From NCBI GenBank assembly GCA_902597385.1, contig CACJXQ010000001.1, forward strand, positions 31,910-95,909: a stretch of DNA of 64,000 nucleotides, in the 5' to 3' direction. This DNA is from an uncultured Pseudomonadota bacterium. Lineage in GTDB: Bacteria; Pseudomonadota; Gammaproteobacteria; Ga0077536. Below, in pieces: positions 28,603 through 38,563 of this stretch (position 1 is the stretch's first letter; every line of letters begins with the position of its first letter). Below the pieces are notes generated by a model. The model did no database searches, was not told the origin of the DNA, and saw only the letters and a list, made by a program, of their open reading frames with translations. A program made the position numbers and the translations under genes.

Positions 28603-28716
28603 AAATATACCTTAGAGAATTTTGCCTAAGTATAACTTACCTTTTAATTCGGTGTACGTTAATTCGTATTTTTAAGAGCATTCCGATTTCAAAAAAAAGC
28701 AGTAGGGTTTCTATTC

Positions 28717-29451
28717 TTACATATCGCCCCAAAGAGACTGCGCGATAGTTAAAGCACAGGTACTCGCGGTTTCAGACCGTAAGACTCGAGGCCCTATGTT
28801 TACATTTTTGCCCCCTCGATTAATCAAACTATGAATTTCTTCTTCGTTGAGGCCGCCCTCTGGTCCGCAAACAATTGCTATCGGCTTCTGACTGCGAGGA
28901 AGGCCATTCATCTTTTCTTTGGCATGGGGATCCAATATAAGAAATTCGAAGTCTTTTGTCAGGTCCAAGATTTGGCTTAAAGGACTAAAAGGGTAAAGGT
29001 CTGGAATTGTCCTTCGGCCGCACTGCTCTGCGGCGCTGCGTATTATATTCCTCCAATGAATAAGGCGCTTCTCCCTCCTCTCATTATTGATTTTTATAAC
29101 AGACCTGGCCGAGAAGAAAGGCAATATAGACGCGACTCCGAGCTCTGTTGCCTTTTGGAGAGCATAGTCCATTTTTTCCGGCTTTATTATTGCGATAATT
29201 AGTTTTATTTGAAGGGGCGACTCAACAGCGGTTCTTATCTCTTCGGTGGTGAGGATGGTCACGTATTTTTTATTGATCTCCTTGATGGTAGCTTTAAATT
29301 CCAAATGTTGATTGTTAAAGACAACTATTTCATCGCTTTTTTTAAGCCTTAGTACTGACCGGATCTTGTGGCTTGAACTTTCGGTAAGCCTCAGCTCCGC
29401 CCCTGGTTTAAGTAGTTCCTCCACAAAAAATCTCAATTTATTAGACCTCAT
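28717..29451 (-). CDS. rsmE: 16S rRNA m3U1498 methyltransferase
   Basis: HKIRSVLRL, QKATELGV, AAEQCGR, GPEGG, GPRVLRSETA. Confidence 0.95.
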   Translation of the reverse strand: MRSNKLRFFVEELLKPGAELRLTESSSHKIRSVLRLKKSDEIVVFNNQHLEFKATIKEINKKYVTILTTEEIRTAVESPLQIKLIIAIIKPEKMDYALQKATELGVASILPFFSARSVIKINNERREKRLIHWRNIIRSAAEQCGRRTIPDLYPFSPLSQILDLTKDFEFLILDPHAKEKMNGLPRSQKPIAIVCGPEGGLNEEEIHSLINRGGKNVNIGPRVLRSETASTCALTIAQSLWGDM

Positions 29452-29563
29452 TTTTTAACCTCTCTTTTTTTGGGTTTGTTTAAGGATCTAAGTTTCTTTC
29501 TAGTCAGGTAAAGTCAACTTTAACTTAAAAAATTGATATTATTGTAAAAAAATTGGAAATCTG

Positions 29564-30007
29564 ATGATACTTGAAGCTTTAAAAAATTTATTTGAAGACA
29601 AATCAACTCTCAAGGAAACAGGAGAGGACGAAGGTTTGGGTATTGCCGCTGGTGTCCTCATGCTTGAAATAGCCCGTGCTGATGATGAGATAGATGATCT
29701 TGAGAAAGAAGTAGTAATAGAAGGGGTAAAAAATATCTTACATGAAGACAACCACGAGATTAATGAGATTTTCAAAAAAGTAATAGCCGTGGTAGAAGAA
29801 TCAGTATCCTTCTTTGAATTTACATCCCTCATAAATGATAGTTGTTCGAGAGAAGAAAAATATAACCTGTTGGTTATTTTGTGGAAAGTCGCTTACGCGG
29901 ATGGTCAACTGGATAAATATGAAGAATACTACATAAGGAAAATTAAAGATCTTTTATACTTATCTCAAAGTGATTTTATAAAAGCCAAGCTTGAAGCGAA
30001 GCCGTAA
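29564..30007 (+). CDS. TerB-like protein
   Basis: LMLEIARAD, LWKVAYADGQLDKYEE..IRKI, FIKAK. Confidence 0.85.
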   Translation: MILEALKNLFEDKSTLKETGEDEGLGIAAGVLMLEIARADDEIDDLEKEVVIEGVKNILHEDNHEINEIFKKVIAVVEESVSFFEFTSLINDSCSREEKYNLLVILWKVAYADGQLDKYEEYYIRKIKDLLYLSQSDFIKAKLEAKP

Positions 30008-30044
30008 CATTTACTACCGGGCTACGCTATAGGAGGTATGATTT

Positions 30045-32606
30045 TTGCCTAAGGAATTGGAATTTAAGATTAACCAAAATAACCTTGGGTTTTTCAATTG
30101 TTCCGAGGAGCCTGGCTCAAATGTGGTAGTAAGTAATTCTAGGAATCTAGCCGCTTTGAACCGGGTTATAGAGTGGATGGCACATAACTCGTCTAAGTCT
30201 TTGGAGAGATTCCCAAAAGTTGCGACTCTAGAGAACTATTTGTCTGAGCAATATTATTTGACGTGCTTGCGCAGTTCCATAACAGCAGATGAAAAATTTG
30301 TATTGACGACAATGCAAGAGCAGGCCCTTTGGCAAAAGATCGTAAAGAAGAATATGAGCTTGGATTGGTCCTCAACTGTTCAGATCGCCCATGAGCTAAG
30401 AGTTGCGTGGAAGACACAAAGCTATTGGCGATTAGACAGTGGCCAACTTGGGAACATGGGTTCGAATGCCTCAAAAGTCTATTTGGAACTTTTAAAAAAA
30501 TACCGATCTAGCCTGGTCAAACTGGGCGCCTTGGATCAGGTTATTTTAATGCTAGGCTCGTTATCTGAACAGTGCGTTGACAAAGTCACAGCACATGGTC
30601 TTTTTTCTCCAGCGCCGGTTATACAATCTTGGCTTAAAAGGAATAGCCGCGATGCTCTAGCGACTAGAGCGGGGACACCAGCTGTTCACCATCACAAATT
30701 TTCCAGTAAAATAAGAGAATTAGAACTATCTCTGATTTGGGCAAGGCGAACAGCCGGTGCTAATTCTTCCGCCAAAGTCGCGGTGGTTGTAGATAGTAAT
30801 CCATCAGACGCTGTGGTTGTTCGGTCGGTTTGTGAGGACGTATTTGACGGTACTTTCTATTACTCACATCAGACCGCTCTCGCAGAAAAGCCGTTTGTTA
30901 AGTTGGCCTTTCTAACTTTGGAGCTAAAAGATGTACCGCGCTGGGACTTGCTAAGTAGTCTAATAAATCATCCGCTCCTCCATGGTGCTGAAAGTGAAGG
31001 CTCAGAACGGGCCCTTTTTGATTTAGATTTGAGAGGCAGGGGTCGTTATGAATGGCCGTTGAAGTGGGTAATTGAAGTTTTGGAATCCACAAAAAAATGC
31101 CCTATCTTAAAGGCAATATTGATTGAAATTTTGCATAGTAATAAGAGTATTGGCCGTAAAAGAAGCGTTCAGGAATGGCTCTCCTTTTTCAAAAAAAGAT
31201 GGAAGTCGGTTCATTGGTTGGATGGAGATAGTAAGCTTTTGATAGCTTCGCAACTTCTTGATGATTTCGCGTCTGTTTTAGATCAGGTTGCTGAGTTAAA
31301 TGCGGTCCTTGGCTTTGTTTCTTATGCCGAGGTCGTTTGGTACTTAAAAAATGCGTTTAACGCAAAAAAAGTAAGAAACCTTCAAGATCCAACTAATATC
31401 TACGTTGTTAATGCAGAGGAGGCCGTGACTGTCGATCCAACGCATTTATGGATTACTGAATGTACGGTGACAAAACCGTCCCTCCAGGCTGAGACAGTAG
31501 CGATGCTACCTTTTGCTGAGCAACGGATGATTGGTATTCCGGGCTCGCATCCTTCCGTCGATTTCACCTATCGCAGAATACTTTTTGAATCTTTATGCCG
31601 CAATCGGCAGGAAATTAACCTAAGCTACTCGGAAATGGATAAAGGTGTTGAAATTTTGCCTTCTGCTTTTGCTCCAGGGTTGCAACAAGCATCTCTAAGA
31701 GAGGAAAATGTTTTTGATCGTGAATGCACTTCAAAAAGAATACAGTTTAGTTCCTCAATAGACGATTTCGGTCCAAAAATGCCAAAGGGAAGTGTGTTAA
31801 AAGGTGGGGCGTCTGTTTTGGAGGCCCAAGCTGCTTGCCCGTTCAAGGGTTTTGCTAGGTATCGACTCAGCTCGATAGCACCTGAGGAAGTAGTCCCAGG
31901 CGTAAGCCGCAAAGCAAGAGGGATAGTTACACACAAAGCACTGGCTACCATATGGAATGGCCTAAAAAAACATTCCAGTCTGATGGTAAAAAGCGAAGGT
32001 GAACTTTCGCTAGTAGTGCAGATGGCGGTAAATAAAAATTTAGAGCAATTTAGAGATCCCACCAAAATGGAGACAGCCTGCGGGGCGGTTGAAGAGCAAC
32101 TCCTTAATAAGCTCCTAATTAGTTGGCTTAAATTTGAGAAAAATGCACAACCTTTTGTGGCTTTTATGTTGGAGAAGGAAATAAAAGTCGAAATCAATGA
32201 TTTAAAACTCGTCTGTCGAGTTGACCGGGTAGATGTCTTAGACGATGGCACTAAACGAATTGTCGATTATAAAACGGGTGAATGTAGTTTGTCGGTTCTT
32301 AATCCTCCTAGACCTGATTCTGCCCAATTGCTGCTTTACGCAGTTTACTCTTCAGTTGAGGATGTCTCGAGTGTTGCCTTTGGAAAAGTAGATAATTTTA
32401 ACTCGAAGTTTTTGAGTCGGGACATTTTCGATTTTGGAGTGAAATATCCCGAATGGCAGGCGAGTCTCGAAGCGCTCGCTAATGAGTTGCATGATGGCTT
32501 TGCTTTAGCTAGCCCTAAAAGAAACCAGACTACTTGTAAAAACTGCGAGCAGCAACTCCTCTGCCGAATAAAAACTAAAGATGTGAATTGGGATGACGCA
32601 AATTAA
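30045..32606 (+). CDS. AddB-like PD-(D/E)XK nuclease subunit
   Basis: QAACPFK, RVDRVD, IVDYKTG, QLLLY, CKNCEQQLLC (Fe-S staple); overlaps the helicase gene. Confidence 0.85.
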   Translation: MPKELEFKINQNNLGFFNCSEEPGSNVVVSNSRNLAALNRVIEWMAHNSSKSLERFPKVATLENYLSEQYYLTCLRSSITADEKFVLTTMQEQALWQKIVKKNMSLDWSSTVQIAHELRVAWKTQSYWRLDSGQLGNMGSNASKVYLELLKKYRSSLVKLGALDQVILMLGSLSEQCVDKVTAHGLFSPAPVIQSWLKRNSRDALATRAGTPAVHHHKFSSKIRELELSLIWARRTAGANSSAKVAVVVDSNPSDAVVVRSVCEDVFDGTFYYSHQTALAEKPFVKLAFLTLELKDVPRWDLLSSLINHPLLHGAESEGSERALFDLDLRGRGRYEWPLKWVIEVLESTKKCPILKAILIEILHSNKSIGRKRSVQEWLSFFKKRWKSVHWLDGDSKLLIASQLLDDFASVLDQVAELNAVLGFVSYAEVVWYLKNAFNAKKVRNLQDPTNIYVVNAEEAVTVDPTHLWITECTVTKPSLQAETVAMLPFAEQRMIGIPGSHPSVDFTYRRILFESLCRNRQEINLSYSEMDKGVEILPSAFAPGLQQASLREENVFDRECTSKRIQFSSSIDDFGPKMPKGSVLKGGASVLEAQAACPFKGFARYRLSSIAPEEVVPGVSRKARGIVTHKALATIWNGLKKHSSLMVKSEGELSLVVQMAVNKNLEQFRDPTKMETACGAVEEQLLNKLLISWLKFEKNAQPFVAFMLEKEIKVEINDLKLVCRVDRVDVLDDGTKRIVDYKTGECSLSVLNPPRPDSAQLLLYAVYSSVEDVSSVAFGKVDNFNSKFLSRDIFDFGVKYPEWQASLEALANELHDGFALASPKRNQTTCKNCEQQLLCRIKTKDVNWDDAN

Positions 32607-35600
32607 TGATTTATCAGAACGGAAGAAAGCGAATAGCTTAGAGTCTTCTTATGTTGTCAAGGCTCCCGCTGGATCGGGAAAAACAACCATGCTGGTTAGC
32701 CGATTAATAAGGGCTCTGGCGGAAGTCAATGAACCCGAAGAAGTTCTTGCTATCACTTTCACTCGAAAAGCCGCTGAAGAGATGAGAAAGAGAGTTCTGG
32801 CCCTTTTATTATCGAAAGATTCGGCGAAATCTATCGACCCAGAGCTTCCTGAGATAGTAAATAAAATTCGTATAAAAGATGTAGAGAAAGGCTGGAATTT
32901 GAACTCTGATCCGGCTCGCCTGTCGATTATGACTATTGATTCCTTTTGCTCTGGTTTACTCAAAAGGGCCTCTTCATTCAGTGAGTCCCTTTACTACCCA
33001 ACAGTAGAGGAAGACTATAAAAGTTTATACACCTTGGCTGCTCGACGTGCCCTATCGGAGATATCCTCTGAAGAGCATAAAGAATTTCTTGGCAGGGTTC
33101 TTTCGAAGTATGACTCTGATTGGTCGAGAGTGGAAAGGCAACTCGCCGAAGTGTTAGAGCAGAGGGATACATTGTTCATGGAAGTGGGAGTTGGACTAGA
33201 CTTGAATCAGATGGGCCAACGCTTCTCAGATTTGTTAACTTCGAGATTGTTAAGTTGCGACAAGTTATTTAGTCCAAGTCAAAAGCAAGACATTTTGACG
33301 CTGTACAATTTTTCAGAGACCCATTTAAATCCCAAAAATCCAAAGCTGATGAGAATATTCCCCGAAGCGGAATCAGCTTCCTTAGAGAAATGGCATCAAG
33401 TTTTCGAAAGATTAATCTTTACGAAAACAAACACCTTAAGAAAAAATTTGAATGCTTCCAATGGGTTTCCTTCAGAATTTTCTGAAACAAAACCAATGAA
33501 AAAACTTTGGAGAGAAACAATTAATGAGATCGCTGATTCTCCAAGTGCAATTCAGGTACTTATGCAGATTGTAGCTTTGCCGAAAACCGATAACATCCAA
33601 AATGAACTAAGTGATCTTAAGGATATTTTTGAGCTAGTGAAGTTGGCTTCTGCTCACTTGCATCTTATTTTTTCCCAGCGTCAGGCAACTGATTTTACAC
33701 AGCAGACTTTGGATGCACTCTCGGCTCTTGGAGGCTTGGAAGAACCAAGTGATTTAGCGTTAAGACTTGACTATACCCTTAAGCATATTCTTGTTGATGA
33801 ATTCCAAGACACCTCCCCCGTCCAGCTAGAACTTCTCAGGAAATTGGTGTCGGGTTGGTTTCAGGGAGACGGGCGTAGTTTGTTTTTGGTAGGCGATCCT
33901 ATGCAATCTATCTATAGATTCCGAAAGGCAGACATGGATCTTTTTAATCAATTATTTCAGCTAGGAAGGATAGAGAGTGTACCGCTTGAGAGGTTAACTC
34001 TCGCAAATAATTTTAGGTCCCAAAGGAGTCTTGTTGATTGGATAAATCAATTATTTCCCCCTGCCCTCGAAGCGGTGGGAAGTTCTGCAGACTTCTTTGT
34101 TCCTCAAAACACCGTAAGAATAGAAGACTACGGGAGGCCTTTTACTTTTCACAATATTTCTCAAGACGATCGCTTGGCTGAGGCCAATCATGTTGCTGAA
34201 CTCATTGTCTCGATTCACGGTGAAGAGCAGGATCTGAAATCTGAAGAACGCTCAACAATTTGTATCTTAGGGAGGAGCAAAGGCCATCTAGAGGAAATCG
34301 CGCAAACACTAAAGAAAAGGAAAATAGAATTCACCTCAGTGGAACTCAGTTCACTTGCCGATATTCCGGTGATTCAGGATTTGATGATCGTTTCCAGGAT
34401 TCTTCTCCATCCAGCGGACAAGGTGGCCTGGTTAGCCTTTCTTAGAGCGCCCTGGGCAGGGTTGAAGCTAGAAGTGCTTTCGAAGTTCTCAACCGTTCCT
34501 GTATTACGTGATTTCTTATTGCACTCTGATGCTGTGGTTCGATTAACTAGAGAGGACTCAGAAAGACTGGCTTGGATTCAGGATGTTTTGCACAAGTCTT
34601 ATCAGGCCTTGAAAACCCACTCCATCTTGGATTCTTTGAAGATGACCTGGAATGCTATCGGCGGGAATAACTTATATCGAGATGCTAATTCTCGAGAGGC
34701 AACTAGACAATTTTTTCGTCTTATCTACGAGCTTGAAAAAGAAGATGGTCTTATTACCTATCAAAAGATTAATCGCCTGTTGGAGAAATCCTATCCTGAT
34801 AATCGTCAAAATGTTCAAAGTTCCTTGAATATTATGACTATTCATAAAGCCAAGGGTCTCGAGTTTGACGTTGTGATAATCCCGAGTACTCATAGGACTG
34901 TTAAAAGTGAACCGCAATCGCTTATATATTGGGAAGATTTTGATGTTGATTCTAGCTCTAGAGGTCCAATAGTTGCGGCCTATCAAAATAATACACTTAC
35001 CTCTCTATATTCATTTTTGCGATCTTTCGAGTTGCAGAAGATTCGAGAGGAAGTCGTGAGGCTTCTTTATGTGGGCCTAACCAGGGCTCGTAAGAGGGTG
35101 CACTTATTGGGTAAATTATATGATTGCGAACAAGATGTAGAAAAACGACAGTTTGTTAAACCTCCAAAGGGCTCTTTTCTAGAATGTATATATGAAAAAA
35201 TCCCCACGGAGTTCATACAGCACAACAGTAAAGATAGTTTAGTCGAGTCTCCCGACAATAGAGGTGTTAGTCTAAAACAAATGGAGTTCCCTCAAGTAAA
35301 TATTAATAGGGATCCGTTCGGTAGCTCAGCGATGCGAAATAAAATTGATTTAGGCGCTTTGGAATTCGAATGGGCTGGTACTACGGCTCGCCAAATTGGA
35401 ATAGTGGCTCATTATATTTTTCAGAGTCTAGACGACTTGATAAAGCATCATTCTACAGAGGATATAATGGATAGGTCGCTAAAGTACGCTAGAGCCCGTT
35501 TTATGTCTATGGGGGTTTCTGTCGGTAACATGAATCTAGCCTTGCAACGTACTGAGACCGGATTAAATAACATTCTACACAGAAAAAGAGGACAATGGCT

Positions 35601-35907
35601 TTTTAATAAAAGCCATTCTCTGGTTCAAAGAGAACTAGAACTTTTCCCCGGAGGTGGGTTTGGTGATAAAAAAATTATCATAGACAGGACCTTTGTAGAT
35701 GAAGAAGGGGTTCGATGGATAGTTGATTATAAAACAGGCTACCACGATGGCTCAGATGTAGATAATTTTATAGAATCGGAGACTTTGAGGCATAAACCTC
35801 AGCTCGATTATTATGCTAGCGTCTTATCTTTGGAGGAACATCGCAAAATCCATTTGGGACTATACTTTCCCTTGCTAGATAGGTGGAAGGAGTGGTCTTA
35901 CGATTAA
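32593..35907 (+). CDS. AddA-like UvrD helicase-nuclease
   Basis: APAGSGKT, ITFTRKAA, VDEFQDTS, VGDPMQSIYRFR, TIHKAKGLEF, YVGLTRA, C-terminal IDR..IVDYKT. Confidence 0.92.
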   Translation: MTQINDLSERKKANSLESSYVVKAPAGSGKTTMLVSRLIRALAEVNEPEEVLAITFTRKAAEEMRKRVLALLLSKDSAKSIDPELPEIVNKIRIKDVEKGWNLNSDPARLSIMTIDSFCSGLLKRASSFSESLYYPTVEEDYKSLYTLAARRALSEISSEEHKEFLGRVLSKYDSDWSRVERQLAEVLEQRDTLFMEVGVGLDLNQMGQRFSDLLTSRLLSCDKLFSPSQKQDILTLYNFSETHLNPKNPKLMRIFPEAESASLEKWHQVFERLIFTKTNTLRKNLNASNGFPSEFSETKPMKKLWRETINEIADSPSAIQVLMQIVALPKTDNIQNELSDLKDIFELVKLASAHLHLIFSQRQATDFTQQTLDALSALGGLEEPSDLALRLDYTLKHILVDEFQDTSPVQLELLRKLVSGWFQGDGRSLFLVGDPMQSIYRFRKADMDLFNQLFQLGRIESVPLERLTLANNFRSQRSLVDWINQLFPPALEAVGSSADFFVPQNTVRIEDYGRPFTFHNISQDDRLAEANHVAELIVSIHGEEQDLKSEERSTICILGRSKGHLEEIAQTLKKRKIEFTSVELSSLADIPVIQDLMIVSRILLHPADKVAWLAFLRAPWAGLKLEVLSKFSTVPVLRDFLLHSDAVVRLTREDSERLAWIQDVLHKSYQALKTHSILDSLKMTWNAIGGNNLYRDANSREATRQFFRLIYELEKEDGLITYQKINRLLEKSYPDNRQNVQSSLNIMTIHKAKGLEFDVVIIPSTHRTVKSEPQSLIYWEDFDVDSSSRGPIVAAYQNNTLTSLYSFLRSFELQKIREEVVRLLYVGLTRARKRVHLLGKLYDCEQDVEKRQFVKPPKGSFLECIYEKIPTEFIQHNSKDSLVESPDNRGVSLKQMEFPQVNINRDPFGSSAMRNKIDLGALEFEWAGTTARQIGIVAHYIFQSLDDLIKHHSTEDIMDRSLKYARARFMSMGVSVGNMNLALQRTETGLNNILHRKRGQWLFNKSHSLVQRELELFPGGGFGDKKIIIDRTFVDEEGVRWIVDYKTGYHDGSDVDNFIESETLRHKPQLDYYASVLSLEEHRKIHLGLYFPLLDRWKEWSYD

Positions 35908-36608
35908 CGGTCGTCTCTAAATTGACGTTGCAACATCTCTCTTCTCTCTTGGGCATCTACCGTCAGGGTCGCAGTAGGCCGAGCTTCGAGTCGACCCAGA
36001 CCAATCTCCTCTCCCGTTTCTTCGCAGTATCCATATGAACCATCATCTATACGTCTTAAAGCCGAGTCAATTTTGGATAGAAGCTTTCTATACCGATCTC
36101 TCGTTCTGAGTTCTAGAATGTTATCGCTTTCTCTACTGGCTCTCTCTGCATCATCACTAACATCACGAATTTCAGTTTTTAAATTATGTAAAGTTTCCTG
36201 AGATTGGTTTATGAGTTCTCGTCTTCGCTCAAACAGCTTTTCTTGGAAATATAAGAGTTGCATTGGGCTCATGTACTCTTCTTTTTTATTCGGAAGATAA
36301 TTGTCTGGAAGATTCAAATTTTGCAAATCAGGGTTTAATTTCCTGCTTTTTTTTGATGGCTGCACTTTCTTTTTTTTTACCGTCTTTTTCAGGACGGGTG
36401 TTTTTCTAGACGTTTTGACCGATTTTTTTGCTTCAGAGGTTCCACGTTTTTTTTTTGTATTTGGGACCTTCTTAGCCGCGATTTTTTTCTTCGCTGAGGT
36501 CGTCTTCTTTTTAGTTGTCGGGGAAGTCTTTTTGGCTCTCATGTTTTTTTCCCAATTGTCATAATTGTTTTTTTGAGGCTCCAAATCCTGTTCTGTTCTT
36601 CTAGGCAT
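35904..36608 (-). CDS. dksA: RNA polymerase-binding protein DksA with Lys-rich N-terminal extension
   Basis: EEYMSPMQLLYF, LELRTRDRYRKLLSKIDSALRRI, YGYCEETGEEIG..RLEARPTA; true start may be ATG 36542. Confidence 0.92.
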   Translation of the reverse strand: MPRRTEQDLEPQKNNYDNWEKNMRAKKTSPTTKKKTTSAKKKIAAKKVPNTKKKRGTSEAKKSVKTSRKTPVLKKTVKKKKVQPSKKSRKLNPDLQNLNLPDNYLPNKKEEYMSPMQLLYFQEKLFERRRELINQSQETLHNLKTEIRDVSDDAERASRESDNILELRTRDRYRKLLSKIDSALRRIDDGSYGYCEETGEEIGLGRLEARPTATLTVDAQERREMLQRQFRDDR

Positions 36609-36782
36609 TCCAACTAGAACTTCTCTAGTTTTATGTTCCTCTTAAAAATTGCCGCGAAACATTAATCATTTTCTGGCCGTAGCGCAATGGTTAAAACAAA
36701 AAAAAATTGAAATTTTTGCTAAATAATTAAAAATTTCTCGTAGAATCAATGTTCTACGTATTTTTTAGTAGTTTCAAAATAA

Positions 36783-37532
36783 TTACGTGTCTTTAAGTAC
36801 GGTCTTTAGTTGTACCGACTTAGTGTGCTTATTTTGTGCGCTTTCACTTCGAATGGTTTTGATTAATCCTACTCGAGGAGCGAACCATTTCTTTTCTTGA
36901 ATTGAGACCTCTAGATAGTCTAGGTAATCGCCACCATATAATACATCATTGCCAATACCCTCTATTACTAAGCAGTCCTTGAACTCTTTTTTTCCGATTT
37001 TAACTGTTTCGTTAGTAGATATTATTCTGTATTTTATGGGAATAGTTCCTTTGATGGCTAAAGGCGTTTCCCAAGGGCCGGTGGCCCTAAGTAGCATCAC
37101 GTTTGTTTCTTTTAACCAGCTTTCACCGGTTTTTAAATTCATGGGTAGAAGTAGCTGCTCTTTGGATTTGCTTCCAGAAATTCTGGGGTTTTTATCAAAA
37201 TTGGAAATGACATAGATACCGTCTTTTTTATATTTGTAAAACTCTCTCTTACCGCTGAGTGTCACCAAAGCGGCATCGGCAGTCTCTGGTTTGCTAGCCA
37301 TATTGTCGACGTATATTACTTCTCTGAATGGTGTTTTTTTGTTATCAATGGTTAATTCGGCTTCATAGATCCAAACCTTTCCATCTTCTATTGGGAAATA
37401 GGCTTCTAATGCAGTCTCCAGGGTGCAGGCGCTGCAGATCGCCATGCACAAGACACCCCAAAAAAAGGCGAGTTTAGTTGGAATCCTCCTAGTCTTAAAA
37501 TCCCAATTTAATTTGATTGTAGTATTTGACAT
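36783..37532 (-). CDS. Hypothetical lipoprotein (beta-rich)
   Basis: Lipobox-like CSAC; YFP....W.Y, ETVKIG..EFKDC, WFAPRVGLIK motifs. Confidence 0.7.
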   Translation of the reverse strand: MSNTTIKLNWDFKTRRIPTKLAFFWGVLCMAICSACTLETALEAYFPIEDGKVWIYEAELTIDNKKTPFREVIYVDNMASKPETADAALVTLSGKREFYKYKKDGIYVISNFDKNPRISGSKSKEQLLLPMNLKTGESWLKETNVMLLRATGPWETPLAIKGTIPIKYRIISTNETVKIGKKEFKDCLVIEGIGNDVLYGGDYLDYLEVSIQEKKWFAPRVGLIKTIRSESAQNKHTKSVQLKTVLKDT

Positions 37533-37719
37533 CTAAAAATCATGTTTGTTTGCTAAATATATGAATTTTTGGTCCCGAAGGTTTCCTAATTGTTGTATCA
37601 TATTACTAATTAGGCTACTAGATCGGCAAAGGTAAGCAGTGAGCCGCTAAAAGCTAATCGCCTTTATTTTTTGGTGTCGTTTAGTAGCATGATATTGGTT
37701 TTTTCTATTTTTCGGTGGA

Positions 37720-38043
37720 GTGTTAAGAATGAGGAATGCAAAGCTATTGTTTCTTGCTGTTTTAGCTACAATCATGGATACCCCTTTAGCGGAAGGGGAC
37801 CCACTAGAAGGGCTGAAAAAAGCTGAAACGTGTCTGGGTTGTCACGCAGTCACTGGATATTTTAACGTCTATCCCTCCTATAAGGTGCCAAAGATAGGGG
37901 GGCAGAGTGCAGGTTATATCGTTAGCGCGCTTAAGGCTTACAAGGCCGGAACAAGGTTGCATGGGACTATGCAGGCTAATGCCTTCAATCTGTCTGAAGA
38001 AGACATGCAGGATATAGCGAGCTATTTGTCTAGTGTGAAATAG
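37720..38043 (+). CDS. Monoheme cytochrome c (c553/c4-like)
   Basis: Signal peptide, CLGCH, PKIGGQ, axial Met (GTM). Confidence 0.92.
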   Translation: MLRMRNAKLLFLAVLATIMDTPLAEGDPLEGLKKAETCLGCHAVTGYFNVYPSYKVPKIGGQSAGYIVSALKAYKAGTRLHGTMQANAFNLSEEDMQDIASYLSSVK

Positions 38044-38073
38044 GCTTTTTCAGTTAATTTCTTAAAAGTAAAC

Positions 38074-38442
38074 GTGGGGCAAAATAACCAAATGAATAAA
38101 AATTTCCTTACTCTTTTTCTCTTGTTATCGGCAATTATGCTTGGACCGGCTATTTCTTCTGAAGAAGCTCAAGCGAACGGAATGTCCTATGAGCAAAAGC
38201 TTCAAGCATGTGGAACCTGTCATGGGAGCGATGGAGATAAGCCTTTGGCGCCAGATTACCCCATATTGGCTGGTCAGCATGAAGATTATCTGACTAATTC
38301 TTTGAAGGCTTACAAGGACGGAAGACGAAAACATCCAATTATGAATGTTCAAGTTCAAGTCCTAGATCTTAGCGACGCTGATATTGCTCGGTTATCCACT
38401 TATTTTTCCAAGAAACCAGGCCTTAAAGGTTTGGGTGAGTGA
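38074..38442 (+). CDS. Monoheme cytochrome c (c553/c4-like)
   Basis: Signal peptide, CGTCH, YPILAGQ, axial Met (PIM). Confidence 0.92.
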   Translation: MGQNNQMNKNFLTLFLLLSAIMLGPAISSEEAQANGMSYEQKLQACGTCHGSDGDKPLAPDYPILAGQHEDYLTNSLKAYKDGRRKHPIMNVQVQVLDLSDADIARLSTYFSKKPGLKGLGE

Positions 38443-38563
38443 AGTCTGCTTTGAATTAATATGTTACCAAAAAAGCAATGAGGTCTGAGCTACTGGTAAG
38501 TTTAGTTTTGATCTAGAAAGTTTTTCTTTTCGTACACGGTGTCTGAAATTAAATTAATTTTCC

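Noticed and set aside
31625..32251. 208-aa antisense ORF in the addB-like gene (also 23858..24394, 26070..26534, 14990..15349 and similar)
   Set aside because: Antisense shadows of well-supported genes, with Ser/Phe/Leu-biased composition.
36673..36696. CTGGCCGTAGCGCAATGGTTA resembles a tRNA 5' end
   Set aside because: The D-stem does not close, and no anticodon or T arm follows.
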